Below the pieces are notes generated by a model. It was not told the DNA's origin. It searched no databases and saw only the letters and a list, made by a program, of their open reading frames with translations. A stretch of DNA of 61,897 nt, filler included, from Chiloscyllium plagiosum (Eukaryota): NCBI RefSeq assembly GCF_004010195.1. It is 5 parts of one record of this genome, joined end to end, with 100 filler letters (N's around TTAATTAATTAA, not from the genome) between each part and the next. Parts side by side here need not be neighbours in the genome. Positions count along the whole stretch, not along the records: positions 1 to 26,743 come from NC_057715.1; positions 26,844 to 34,735 come from NC_057715.1; positions 34,836 to 42,105 come from NC_057715.1; 2 more parts are not named here. One strand, 5' to 3'. Made by a program: the position numbers and the translations under genes. This document shows, piece by piece, positions 25,201 to 37,905 of the stretch; the stretch's first letter is position 1; the number at the start of each line of letters is the position of its first letter.

Positions 25201-26743
25201 CATAATCATCAACCACTTCAGCTGCTAACCTTGCTGTTTTAACTCTCTGCTCTTCCACATGAGTTCGCACTACTTCAGGCAGTGAATTTTTGAATTCTTC
25301 CAAAACAATTACCTCTCTAAGGGCATAATAGGTTTGCTTGATTTTTAAAGCCCTTATCCGTCTATCCAAATTACTCTGTTTGATCTTTTCAAACTCAATG
25401 TAGGTTTGACCTGGGTCCCTCCTTAGATTCCTGAAACTTCTGGTTCAAGCTCATATGCATTTAAAATGGCTTTTTTCACCTCCTCATCCTCCCCAGATCT
25501 CTCCTCTGATAGTGATGCGAATACCTCACTCGCCCTACCAACAGGTTTGGTTTGCCACCTTTTCAAATGAGATGAAAAAGGCTTCCACATCCTTCACATT
25601 AAATTTAGGCAATGCTTGAACATACTTAAAACAGTTTCTCACCAGGCTTGTGACTACCAGGGGATTGCTCCTCCTCACTCCCTTCCTCACTAAGGCTACC
25701 GTCAGCCTTTATCTCCAGGCTTTTAAGCTGACTTTCCTTTTTAAGTGTCGGTTTTTGAAGATCAAAAGCTCTTCTTTTTCTCTCTGTTCTGCTGCTCTCT
25801 CTGTTTCTCTCTCTTCTGCTTTTAATCGTAACTCAAACTGTGCATTTCTGCTGCCCTTTCCTTATCTCTCGCCTCTAAATCAAGCTTCTTCATTTGCAAT
25901 TGATTTCTTGCTATCTTTATAGGTTCTGATGGTTTCTCCGATAAGTTTAAATGCTGAACTACTGCTGTAATGTTTTCTCCTTTCCTCACAGAAGCAGGCC
26001 AGCCCAATCCCAGCCTCTGCTAATTCCTGCAGCTTGGTCTTATTCACCTTTTGCAAAACTTCCAAAGTCACTGCATCCACTTCCAGAAAATGTTTGACGA
26101 CTGAAAGAGCCACTCCTATCTCAAGCTTTGTCTACCCAACCAAACCAACACCCGAAATAAAGACACTAGCACCAACCACACGCTATTTAAAATCCTGGAA
26201 AGAGACCCCAATCTGTAATGGACTAGGCCAGACCACTCAAAACATCCTTAAGCAGGCAGCCCAGACCATAACATTACAATTTGTTTTGGTAAGTGTACAG
26301 TGAAAATTACCTAGAGTAAGTTAGCTAGGTTGACTACCAGGTTTTACAAACAGACAAAACTTTATTCATAAAATTACACAATGAAACACAAAGAACAGAA
26401 TAAAGAAACCCTACAGAACTCAGTCTATCCAAACTAGACTTACTTATTCTGTTCTGAATAGGCAAACCCCCTTTAAAAAACAGCAAAAATGAAACAAATG
26501 CTTACAGGTTGAAGTTAGAAGGGCAGAAGGAGAGAGAGAGAGTTTCGCACTCTGTTTCCACACAGCTCACTGTTGAACACCTAACTAGTTCTGGGCTAAA
26601 CTGCTCAGCTAGAGAGCTGACCACTCTCCTTTCATTATATACGTCACTTCTAAAATATGACCACTTTGGCCTGAAGTCTCATCTGTTTACATATAAACAA
26701 AGTGTCTCTCAAAATCTTTTTTCTCTGCACCAAACCAGTCTAA
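22208..26743 (-). mobile_element. Ty3/Gypsy LTR retrotransposon with gag-PR-IN-RT-RH order (Gmr1-like), decayed
   Basis: gag LEEFKNSLPEVVRTHVEE (25169-25369) and CFHC knuckle ~25010; PR LRDTG ~24765; IN FCQACHTC, IDCIGPLP, GALERWHQTLKTML (22898-24060); RT DLLKGYWQVPL, PFGMKN (22412-22830); RH tail WSLLLQPF ~22380; 5' LTR 26214-26743 runs into a gap. Confidence 0.88.
26192..26210 (-). promoter_or_regulatory. Degenerate tRNA-Pro-like PBS of the Gypsy element
   Basis: TGGGGTCTCTTTCCAGGAT, 3 nt from the LTR end; the tRNA-Pro complement is TGGGGGCTCGTCCGGGAT. Confidence 0.6.
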
Positions 26744-26843
26744 NNNNNNNNNNNNNNNNNNNNNNNNNNNNNNNNNNNNNNNNNNNNTTAATTAATTAAN
26801 NNNNNNNNNNNNNNNNNNNNNNNNNNNNNNNNNNNNNNNNNNN
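26744..26843. other. 100-bp assembly gap with TTAATTAATTAA six-frame-stop linker (same pattern at 34736-34835, 42106-42205, 52233-52332)
   Basis: 44 N + TTAATTAATTAA + 44 N, repeated four times in the window. Confidence 0.95.
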
Positions 26844-27307
26844 AAAAGATTTACAAGGATGTTGCCAGGGTTGGAGGATCTGAGCTACAGGGAGAGGCTG
26901 AACAGTCTGGGGCTGTTTTCCCTGGAGCATTGGAGGCTGAGGGGTGACCTTATAGAGGTTTACAAAATTATGAGGGGCGTGGATAGGATAAATAGACAAA
27001 GTCTTTTCCCTGGGTTTGGGGAGTCCAGAACTAGAGGGTTTAGGTGGGAGGGGAAAGATATAAAAGAGAACTCAGGGGCAACTTTTTCATGCAGAGGGTG
27101 GTACGTGTATGGAATGAGCTGCCAGAGGGTGTGGTGGAGGCTGGTACAATTGCAACATTTAAGAGGCATTTGGATGGGTATATGAATAGGAAGGATTTGG
27201 AGGGATATGGGCCTAGTGCTGGTAGGTGGGACTAGATTGGGTTGGGATATCTAGTCGGCATGGATGGGTTGGACAGTTTCCATGCTGTACATCTCTTTGA
27301 CTCTATG
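26844..27307 (+). mobile_element. CR1/HER1 3' end
   Basis: MLPGLEDLSYRERLNSLGLFSLE..RGDLIEVYKIM; WNELP; tail. Confidence 0.9.
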
Positions 27308-28981
27308 AAATGACCAATCTTCAACAACCACAACCATTTTCCCTTGTGCAAGTCTGACACCAATCAGTGAAGAATTTTTGTCCTGATTCCCAGTGACTCC
27401 AGTTTTGCTGGGACTCATGATGCCTCACTCAAATGTTACCTAATCAAATACAGTTACTCTCACCTCATCTCTGGGGTTCAACTCTTATTCATGAATCTCA
27501 AATATGTAATGAGATTCGGAGCAGAGTGACCTTGTCAGAACCCAAACTGAACAGAGAACAGGTTATTGCTGAAAAGCTTTTACCAATCTCTCAAAACTAA
27601 TAGTCTAATTTTTTGTTCTTCATACCGAATGCTTTCCTAGTCTGCACCGAATTGCTACCTGGGGGTAAATTTGTGTTCAATTTGGTTTTTGCATAATTCT
27701 TGGCTTAAGTACCCTTAATTACCCTGCAGAATTTATGAAGAATTCCATGTTTTATTCATTATTTTGTTAACTTGTTCCACCACCTTCAAAATTTTCTGTT
27801 TATGCACTCTCTTTAACTTTCTCACTTATGTCTCTTTAAATTCTATACACAACACCCTTTCCCTGTCCCATCATTGTTTGTCACTTGTCTTTTGAAGTTT
27901 TTAACTTCCTTTCTGCCATTATTGTGTTTGGCCGCTATCCTTTTTTGATTAATTTTCTTCTGGTTTGCTTGTCCTGCTTTTAATTCTTTCCTTTTGTTAA
28001 TTCTCCCTTTAGTTTCCCCATCCCCTTATATTACTCTCTAAAGATTTTCTGGCTAACTTCTGGGGCTCTTCCATTTTGATCTAGCTTGACTTCCTTAACA
28101 GTTTTCGTCTCTCTTTATGGTTTTTCTCTTCTTTAAGTGACGGGTGTATATGTGTGTGTGTGTGTACATGTATGTGGTGGTGTTAAGGGTTAATGAAAAC
28201 ATGTAAATAAGATAGTTTACATCATAATTTAGAAGTGATGTAAGATCATATGATTTCCAAGAAATGGTTGTGTCTAGTGGCCTGACAGCAGATGTGAAGT
28301 CTTGACCTGTATTATAGTCAGTGAATACCACATTTGAATAAATGGTCATGTTTACAAAAAACAAAATGTACAAATGAACAAATTTAATGATAATGACTCA
28401 ATAATCAATCCTTTGTAAGGGATTGATTTACTCCATTCATCAGTTTATCTAAAATAGTAAAGCACATTAAATGTCATGAAGCAATGCAACAAGTCAACAG
28501 ATTTCTGTGTGAGCAGCTTGCAAACCCAAAGCAGACTTCAGGATGATTGACAACATTGTATACAAACAGCACATTGAGTTCTTAAAGATGAATTCTCTTA
28601 AAAGCAAGGTATAAATTAAACATGCCCTCTTCCCTAAGGAAAGCTTCACTATTTTCAATAATAAGTGCATCTATGAGTTTCTGTAACATGGACAATTGCA
28701 CAAAAAGCCGTTCAGCTTCCTCAAATGTAGCTTGTTTACTTATTTATGGCATTTATTTCTGAACAGACCATGTCATAAGTAATTTGCAGCTCCTTGGTGT
28801 GTATCTCCAAATGCTTTTACAGCATTGGCTTCTTTTCTGGCAGTGCTTGAAGCTGAAACAGATGTTTCTATAGCTGCTCCTACTGAGTTTGAGGACCTGG
28901 TACAATGGGGTGTAAGGCATCATGTCCATCCCTTGACTGTGAACTACTGACCAGCAAGACAAGCTGCTGACTTTGTGACTG

Positions 28982-29346
28982 AATCATAGAATCCCCACAT
29001 ATGGAAGCAGGCCATTCAGCCCATCGAGTCCATACTGATGTTCCAAAGACCATGCCCACTCAGACCCAGACCCAGACCCGACTCTATCTCTGTAACCCTG
29101 CATTTCCGACAGCTAATCCACCTAGCCTGCACATCCCTGGACACTATGGGAAATTTAGCATGGTCATTCCATCCAACTTGCACATCTTTGGACTGTGGGA
29201 GGAAAACAGAGCACTCGGAAGAAACCCACATAAATATGGGGAAAATGTGCAAATTCCCCATAGACGGTCGCCCAAGGGTGGAATTGAACCCAGGTCCCTG
29301 GTGCTGTGAGGCAGCAGTGCTAACCACTGAGTCACCGTGCCACCCT
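28982..29346 (-). mobile_element. HE1-like SINE
   Basis: GGGTGGCACGGTGACTCAGTGGTTAGCAC..GGTTCAATTCC on the minus strand. Confidence 0.88.
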
Positions 29347-30648
29347 GCGTTAAGAGGCAAGACAAACTAGGGGTGCAGAGTTAGTTCTAGGAACAGCCCT
29401 GAGATGAAGCCTGGTTCAGCCTGTGACTCCATGCATATATTATCCTTGTAGCAGCATTTCAATACTAACGTGCAAATAGATTCTGTAAGTAGATAAAGGC
29501 TGGCAGGTGTTGGATGCCAGTCTCTGTAACTGGGTGGTGTCGTGGCGCTGGTGCCTTGGTTCATGCCTGAAGATGTTGTTGCCTAGTGTCAAAGATGGCA
29601 GCCGAGAGGAGCAAGAGGAGTGTTGTCAGCTATCTACTCTGACTTTCATGATGGCAATTTTCAGCATACAGTTCCTCATGGAACATGGTAGGAAGCTCTT
29701 TGTTTAAGAGGGCAGATGTGCTCTTAATGAGAACGATAACAAGCAATAATCCCCCTTTATAGGCCATTCACAGCTGTTTAGTGAGAATCTTGAATCAACA
29801 TCATGAACTTAGTTGGAAAATGCAGCAAGTTGCTCTCTGCATTGAGAAAAGCCTCGCTAGACATCTCATGCCATTCTCCCAAGTTGTTAAGGACCATTTA
29901 AGACTCTGCCTACATCTTTCTTCAAGTTCTACTCCATAATTTGAACAGAAAAATAACACCAACACTTCAGTGCTTTACTGATGGAGGTGTTGTCATTTTT
30001 CATGAGGCATTATATCAAGGCCTGACTTCTCAGATGAACATAATTGATCCCACGACATTATTTTGGAAAACATTAAAGAACTTATCCCCACTGAGGGATA
30101 AGTACTGACAAGGACTATCAACAATGCTAAGAAAACGATTTTCAGGATTTCATCATTTATTTGTGGGAGCCTGCTGTATACAGTTTGGTAGGCTACTTTG
30201 TTTCCTACATTATAAAAGTGACAATAATTCAATCATACTTCACTGACTGGTGATCAAGATAGGAAATATTTCTATAAATGGAAGTTTTTCTTTAATGCTT
30301 AACATTCTAATCACTGAAAGGAAACACAGTAGTAGAGATTGTAAAATCTATAATGCAAAGCTATTGAAAAACATCAATTTGTAAACATAACCTTTTGTGA
30401 GAAGGTTATCACAGTGATCAATACCTCACTCATCTGTTTTCTGTTATTTAGGAACTGCAGTTAAATTTCCTTGTCGTGCAGGATAACTACTCTTTCAATA
30501 TGAATTTATGAATTTAAACAAAAAGTACATGAGGCTGTGAAGTATAGATTTTGGTCAAAATTTGTTGGTACACTAACAAGACTTGGTGAAAGCAGGCAGT
30601 GAAAAAAACAGGGAACTATAGACTTGTCAGTCAGATTTTGGTTGTGGA

Positions 30649-30984
30649 TAAATTGTTGGAGTTGAGTATAAAAGATAGGATTTATGGACACTTAGAGAGG
30701 CAAAAATTGATTAGGGATAGCATGGTTTTGTGCAGGGAAAATCATATTTCACAAACTTGCTTGAGTTTTTTTGAGCAAGTTAGGAAAAAGATTGATGAGG
30801 GCAGACCATTAAGGGTAAATTGTTGGAGTTGAGTATAAAAGATAGGATTTATGGACACTTAGAGAGGCAAAAATTGATTAGGGATAGTCAGCATGGTTTT
30901 GTGCAGGGAAAATCATATTTCACAAACTTGCTTGAGTTTTTTTGAGCAAGTTGGAAAAAGATTGATGAGGGCAGACCATTAAGG
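30649..30984 (+). repeat. ~167-bp tandem duplication within CR1
   Basis: 30649-30814 repeated at 30816-30984 with small indels. Confidence 0.88.
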
Positions 30985-31073
30985 CATTGTTTACTTGGAC
31001 TTCAGTAAAGCCTTTGACAAGGTTTTGCCTGGTACACTAATTAATAAAGTTAGGTCACATAGGATTCAGGGTG

Positions 31074-32022
31074 TACAAAGTTAAAAATCACACAACACCA
31101 GGTTATAGTCCAACAGGTTTCTTTGGAAGAACTAGCTTTCGGAGCGCTGTTCCTTCATCAGGTGGTTGTGGAGTATAAAATCGTAGGACACGGAATTTAT
31201 AGCAAAAGTTTACAGGTGATGTAACTGAAATTATTTATTGAAAAAGATTGTTTGTTAAGTCTCTTATTTTTTAGAATGGGCACGTTGGTTTTGGTTCTTT
31301 CATATGTAAATCCCAGAACTTAGTTATATTCTCAAGTGAAATTTAGTAATAGGTGCCATGTTGGCCCAGATAATGCATTGAAGGTATGGGGTGCCCTGTG
31401 TGAGGCTGCCCCAATGTTCAGATAGATTCTAATCTAAGAAAGAGATTTACAGAATCTTACATGGATTCAGGCAGTTTTGAGCAAAATAAAATATAATTCT
31501 GCAAGTACAAATTCACTCTGCAAATATATGTGTGTGTGCGTGCATATGGGTGGGTGCGTGGGGGCAGGGGCTATGAGTGTCTGTGAGAGAGTGTGGGTAT
31601 GTGTGTGAGTGAGAGTATATGGGGTATAAGTTTGTGAGAGTGAAGGACTGTTTATGTGTGAGCCTAAGAGAGAGGGTGAGAGGGTCTGCATGAGTGTATG
31701 GGTCTGTGGGTGTGTGTGTACGCGCACTCGCGCGCAGTGGGGTCACCTGTGGTGTGACATGAATCCAAGGTCCCAGTTGATGCCATCCCCATGGGTACCA
31801 AACTTGGATGTCAGCCTCTGCTTGGCTGCTTTGTGTTGTTGCCTGTCCCAAAGACCCTTTTGCTATAAATTCTGTGGCCTACGATTTTATACTCCACAAC
31901 CACCTGATGAAGGAGCAGCGTTCCAAAAGCTAGTACTTCCAAATAAACCTGTTGGACTATAACATGGTGTTGTGTGATTTCTAACTTTATACACCCCCGT
32001 CTAACACTGGCACCTCCAAATC
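31074..32022 (-). mobile_element. Penelope-like element family B, 5'-truncated, with inverted pLTR duplication and 13-bp TSD
   Basis: TSD AGGATTCAGGGTG at 31061-31073 and 32023-32035; inverted arms ~31074-31208 and ~31857-31990; minus strand QRLTSKFGTHGDGINWDLGFMSHH is a PLE endonuclease C-terminus. Confidence 0.85.
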
Positions 32023-32154
32023 AGGATTCAGGGTGAAGTTTGCCAATTGGATACATAATTGGTTCAATGGCAGGAGACAGAAAGAGATGGTGGAGGTTTG
32101 CTTTTCAGACTGGAGGCCTGTCACCAGCAATGTACCACAGGGATCGGTTCTGGG

Positions 32155-34735
32155 TCATAGAGTCAAAGAGATGTACAGCACGGAAACAGACCCTTCGGTC
32201 CAACCTGTTCATGACGACCAGATATCCCAGCCCAATCTAGTCCCACCTGCCAGCACTAGGCCCATATCCCTCCAAACCCTTCCTATTCATATACCCATCC
32301 AAATGCCTCTTAAATGTTGCCATTGTACCAGCCTCCACCACATCCTCTGGCAGCTCATTCCATACACATACCACCCTCTGCGTGAAAACGTTGCCCCTGA
32401 GGTCGCTTTTATATCTTTCCCCTCTCACCCTAAACATATGTCCTCTAGTTCTGGACTCCCAACCCCAGGGAAAAGACTTTGTCTATTTATCCTATCCATA
32501 CCCCTCATAATTTTGTAAACCTCTATAAGGTCACCCCTCAGCCTCCGATGCTCCAGGGAAAACAGCCCCAGCCTGTTCAGCCTCTCCCTGTAGCTCAGAT
32601 CCTCCAACCCTGGCAACATCCTTGTAAATCTTTTCTGAACCCTTTCAAGTTTCACAACATCTTTCCGATAGGAAGGAGACCAGANNNNNNNNNNNNNNNN
32701 NNNNNNNNNNNNNNNNNNNNNNNNNNNNNNNNNNNNNNNNNNNNNNNNNNNNNNNNNNNNNNNNNNNNNNNNNNNNNNNNNNNNNNNNNNNNNNNNNNNN
32801 NNNNNNNNNNNNNNNNNNNNNNNNNNNNNNNNNNNNNNNNNNNNNNNNNNNNNNNNNNNNNNNNNNNNNNNNNNNNNNNNNNNNNNNNNNNNNNNNNNNN
32901 NNNNNNNNNNNNNNNNNNNNNNNNNNNNNNNNNNNNNNNNNNNNNNNNNNNNNNNNNNNNNNNNNNNNNNNNNNNNNNNNNNNNNNNNNNNNNNNNNNNN
33001 NNNNNNNNNNNNNNNNNNNNNNNNNNNNNNNNNNNNNNNNNNNNNNNNNNNNNNNNNNNNNNNNNNNNNNNNNNNNNNNNNNNNNNNNNNNNNNNNNNNN
33101 NNNNNNNNNNNNNNNNNNNNNNNNNNNNNNNNNNNNNNNNNNNNNNNNNNNNNNNNNNNNNNNNNNNNNNNNNNNNNNNNNNNNNNNNNNNNNNNNNNNN
33201 NNNNNNNNNNNNNNNNNNNNNNNNNNNNNNNNNNNNNNNNNNNNNNNNNNNNNNNNNNNNNNNNNNNNNNNNNNNNNNNNNNNNNNNNNNNNNNNNNNNN
33301 NNNNNNNNNNNNNNNNNNNNNNNNNNNNNNNNNNNNNNNNNNNNNNNNNNNNNNNNNNNNNNNNNNNNNNNNNNNNNNNNNNNNNNNNNNNNNNNNNNNN
33401 NNNNNNNNNNNNNNNNNNNNNNNNNNNNNNNNNNNNNNNNNNNNNNNNNNNNCTTCCTCCTCTGTAATCTGGACATTTTGCAAGATTTCACCATCTATTT
33501 CCCTACAGTCTATATATTCCATATCCTTTTCCACAGTAAATGCTGATGCAAAATATTCATTTAGTATCTCCCCCATTTTCTGTGGCTCCACTCAAAGACC
33601 ACCTCGCTGATTTTTGAAGGGCCCTATTCTCTCCCTAGTTACCCTTTTGTCCTTAATATATTTGTAAAAAGCCTTTGAAATCTCTTTAATTCTATTTGCC
33701 AAAGTGATCTCACATGTCCCCTTTTTGCCCTCCTGATTTCCCTCTTAAGTATACTACTGCTTTCTTTATACTCTTCTAATGATTCACTCAATCTATCCTG
33801 TCTATACCTGACATATGCTTCCTTCTTTTTCTTAACCAAACCCTCAATTTACTTAGTCATCCAGCATTCCCTATACTTACCAGCCTTCCCTTTCACCCTG
33901 ACAGGAATATACTTTCTCTGGATTCTTGTTATGTCATTTCTCAAGGCTTCCCATTTTTCAGCTGTCCCTTTACTTGCGAACATCTGCCTCCAATCAGCTT
34001 TTGAATGTTCTTGCCTAATAATGTCAAAATTGGCCTTTCTCCAATTTAGAACTTCAACTTTTAGATCCTTTTCCAACACTATTTTAAAACGAATAGAAGT
34101 ATGGTCGCTGGCCCCAAAGTGCTCCCCCACTGACACCTCAGTCACCTGCCCTGCCTTATTTCCGAAGAGTAGGTCAAGTTTTGCACCTTCTTTAGGAGGT
34201 ACATCCACATACCGAATCAGAAAATTGTCTTGTACGCACTTAAGAAATTCCTCTCCATCTAAACCTTTAACACTGTGGCAGTCCCAGTCAATATTTGGAA
34301 AGTTAAAATAACCACCCTATTATTCTTACAGATAACCGAGATCTCCTTACAAGTTTGTTTCTCAATTTCCCTCTTACTATTAGGGGGTCTATAATATAAT
34401 CCCAATAAGGTGATCATCCCTTTCTTATTTCTCAGTTCCACCTAAATAACTTCCCTGGATGTATTTCCGGGAATATCCTCCCTCAGCACAGCTGTAATGC
34501 TATCTCTTATCAAAAATGCCACTCCCCCTCCTTTCTTGCCTCCCTTTCTATCCTTCCTGTAGCATTTGTATCCTGGAACATTAAGCTGCCAGTCCTGCCC
34601 ATCCCTGAGCCATGTTTCTGTAATTGCTATGATATCCCAGTCCCATGTTCCTAACCATGCCCTGAGTTCATCTGCCTTCCCTGTTAGGCCCCTTGCATTG
34701 AAATAAATGCAGTTTAATTTATCAGTCCTACCTTG
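32155..34735 (-). mobile_element. CR1/HER1 ORF2 (APE to 3' end) with internal N gap
   Basis: LGLYYRPPN, LDLLF, SDH, ILNEYFAS, RGDLIEVYKIM, 3' tail. Confidence 0.9.
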
Positions 34736-34835
34736 NNNNNNNNNNNNNNNNNNNNNNNNNNNNNNNNNNNNNNNNNNNNTTAATTAATTAANNNNNNNNN
34801 NNNNNNNNNNNNNNNNNNNNNNNNNNNNNNNNNNN

Positions 34836-35104
34836 AACTCAGCACCGCCTTCCTAACCTGCAATCTTCTTCCCGACCTCTCCGCCCCCACCCCCGTCTGA
34901 CCTATCACCCTCACCTTGACCTCTTTCCACCTATCACATTTCCGACGCCCCTCCCCCAAGTCCCTCCTCCCTACCTTTTATCTTAGCCTGCTGGACACAC
35001 TTTCCTCATTCCTGAAGAAAGGCTTATGCCCGAAATGTCGATTCTCCTGTTCCCTGGATGCTGCCTGACCTGCTGCGCTGTTCCAGCAACACATTTTCAG
35101 CTCT
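34836..35104 (+). mobile_element. PLE family A pLTR
   Basis: ATTC-CTGAAGA-A-AGGCTTATGCCC-GAAAT-GTC-GATT at ~35008-35043. Confidence 0.75.
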
Positions 35105-36861
35105 TTATTAAATAGTTCACTTGACTCAACTTTTTCTCAATTTGATATGGACCACAAAACCTGGCGTTGATGGGATCTTCTATCACTGGCAACAGTACTA
35201 ACACATCACCCCCTCAGGAAAACCTCAGCGTCTCAGAGCTTTTATCTGCCACCTGCTTCATTCTGTACTGTGCCCTCTTTAGGTGCTGATTAGCTAACTC
35301 ATCTACTCGAATTAATCTCTCCCTCACCTCCAATATATAATCTAAGTGCGTGATCTCCGACTTTGTCCTGTCAATTTTTCTTTAATTAATTTCAAAGGGC
35401 CTCTCAATTCATGACCGAATATTAACTCCAATAAACTGAGTAGATTCGTTTGGGCCACCTCTGATGGCAAACAATATGAATGGGATACCTTTATCCCAAT
35501 CATGTGGGTAATCCTGACAGTATGCTCTCAACAGTCTTCAAGGTCTGATGGCACCTTTCTAAAGCTCCCTGGGATTCAGGATGATGCGCACCGGATTTAA
35601 AGTGCTGTATACCTAAGTTATCCATAAGCTCCTTAAACAGCCTAGCAGTAAAATTTGACCCTTGGCCAGACTGAATCTCTCTGAGTAGCCCATACTGTGT
35701 GAAGAAAGCTACTAATTCCTCTACTACCCTTCTGCCTTGATACTCTGTAATGGAATTGCCTCTGGAAATCTGGTGGATACATCCATTATGGTTATCAAGT
35801 ACTGGTTTTCCCACTTTTAGTTCTTGGGAGGGGACCTACACAATCAATTATAACCCGTGTGAAAGGTTCTTTAAATGCGGGAATTGGCAACAAAGATGCT
35901 AGTTTCATTACCGCCTGCTGTTTACCTACCATTTGGCTAACATGACACATACAGCCAAAGTTAACCACATCCTTGAGCATTCTAGGCCAATAAAAATGTT
36001 TTTGTACCTTAACCTGAGTCCTTCGTACCTCCTACAGGCAACACAATCTGGTGCATTTTGGTCCCTTTCTCCTCTGCAGTAACCTGCTATGGTCTCCACT
36101 TCCACCTTAAGATTCTATTAATCAGATAATAACCCTCCAGAATATTCTCTGCTTCCTTTTCAGAGTATGCATCCACATATATATCTTTTATTGTCTTGAC
36201 TTGCTGTTGCAAGTCTCAGCCTTTCAGGACTAAACACTTCTGTCTGATCCTCTGCCTATTCAGGTTTTCCTGCACCATTACATCAAACAGCGTGTCCGCT
36301 AACTGAACTTCAACTCCTTCATCTTTCTCTTTACTTTTCACTTTGTGCCGAGACTTATGATAGAGGGATCTGGTTACTACACAGTCTGGGAAAATACCAG
36401 AATATTTTTGTATAAACTCCTCAGTTTCTTGGTCTTCCTTGGGCTTCTCCACAACAAAGGGTGTCACTCCCACCTTGGATCCTACCAACGGGTTCCCAAT
36501 AACAACCTGAATTCCTGGAACTGACACACTTTCAATCCCTCCCACTGTAACTTCCCCAGTCTTAAGATGGCACTCCAACCTGATCTTATGCTAAATTTCT
36601 GTCCATCTATCCCACAAGAGATCAGGTGCTACCTCCATACCCAGCCCCTGCCTAGGCTGTGAACTCTCCTGCAGCTCCTCGGCTCTTCTTGGGGTCTCCT
36701 CTACTACCTTCACTCATGCCACTGGCTTAGCTTCTTTTACCACGTCTTTTCCATAGCGCCTTTCTTTAATGACCAGCACTGTGACTTTACGTATCCCACT
36801 TTACCACAGTGGAAACACCTGAGGCCTTTCACCACCTTTCCACCTTCTTTGGCTTTTTTTT

Positions 36862-37133
36862 GATTCTTCGGCCCAACCAGTCCACACCAACCCTCCGGAG
36901 AGTAACCCACCCAGACCCATTTCACTCTAACCAATGCACCTAACACTATGGGCAATTTACCATGGCCAATTCACCTGACCTGCACATTTTTGGACTGTGG
37001 GAGGAAAACGGAGCACCCGGAGGAAACCCACAGGGAGAATGTGCAAACTCCACACAGACAGTCACCCGAGGCCTGAATCAAACCTGGGACTCTGGTGCTG
37101 TGAGGCAGCTGTACTAACCGCTGAGCCACCATG
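36862..37133 (-). mobile_element. HE1-like SINE inserted in Gypsy gag
   Basis: GGTGGCTCAGCGGTTAGTAC head on the minus strand. Confidence 0.85.
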
Positions 37134-37744
37134 CGGCTTCTTTTTTATTCTGTGGAAAATTCTTACCAGTGTTCTCTACTCTTGGTTTAGTAGTATAGGA
37201 TCTCCCTTTCTCCCAACTTCTAGCCCTCACAGGACGAAAGTCTGGCTCGAAGCTTGTCTGATGCTCCAACATGTGCTCATCTGCTAATTCTGCTGCCCTT
37301 CTCACTTCCTGAACTTTCTCTTAAACTCCTCCAGCAGAATAATCTCTCTGAGAGCATCAAATGTCCTATCTATTTTCAAAGCACGCACCCATTGATCGAA
37401 ATGACTATGTTTAAGTTTTTCGAACTCAACATCAGTCTGACTTGGTTCCTTCTTTGTGTTTCTGAACTGCTATCTATATGCTTCTGGTACCAATTCATAA
37501 ACACTTAAAATAGCCTGTTAACCTCTTCATAATCTCTTGACACCTCATTTGACATTGCAGCATGTACCTCACTAGCTCTGCTTACCAGTTTAATCTGAAC
37601 TACCATTACACATAAATCCTTGGACCACTCCATCCTCCTAGCCAATTTTTCAAATTAAATTTAAAAAGGCTTCAATATCACTACCTTAATTTCCATCCTG
37701 TTAACTTGACTTTGTTGACTAAGTCGCAATGTTTTAAGTTCAAA

Positions 37745-37905
37745 TTCTCTCTCTCTTTTTCTCTCTTCTCTCTCTCTTTCACCCTTTCTTCTCTCTGTCT
37801 CTTTGCTCAGCCAATAACCTTCTTTCTCTCTCTTTTTCCTCACTGATTCTCTTTCTCTCTCTTTCTCTTTTTCTCTTTCTCTCTCTCTCTCTTTCCTCTC
37901 TCTCT
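37745..37905 (+). repeat. (TC)-rich low-complexity tract (E/R/K-rich gag linker on the minus strand)
   Basis: Seen directly. Confidence 0.8.

Larger units (their letters stand above)
30597..32155 (+). mobile_element. CR1 RT fragment with an internal tandem duplication and a nested PLE
   Basis: GNYRLVS, QHGFV, DFSKAFDKV before 31073; resumes after the TSD at 32023 with WIHNW..VPQGSVLG. Confidence 0.82.

Noticed and set aside
26788..26799. TTAATTAATTAA motif repeated four times
   Set aside because: Always centred in 44N+12+44N gaps; an artificial six-frame stop linker, not biology
32425..33591. Longest ORFs in the track (388, 355 and 280 aa)
   Set aside because: They run through the N gap; the flanks are CR1 ORF2
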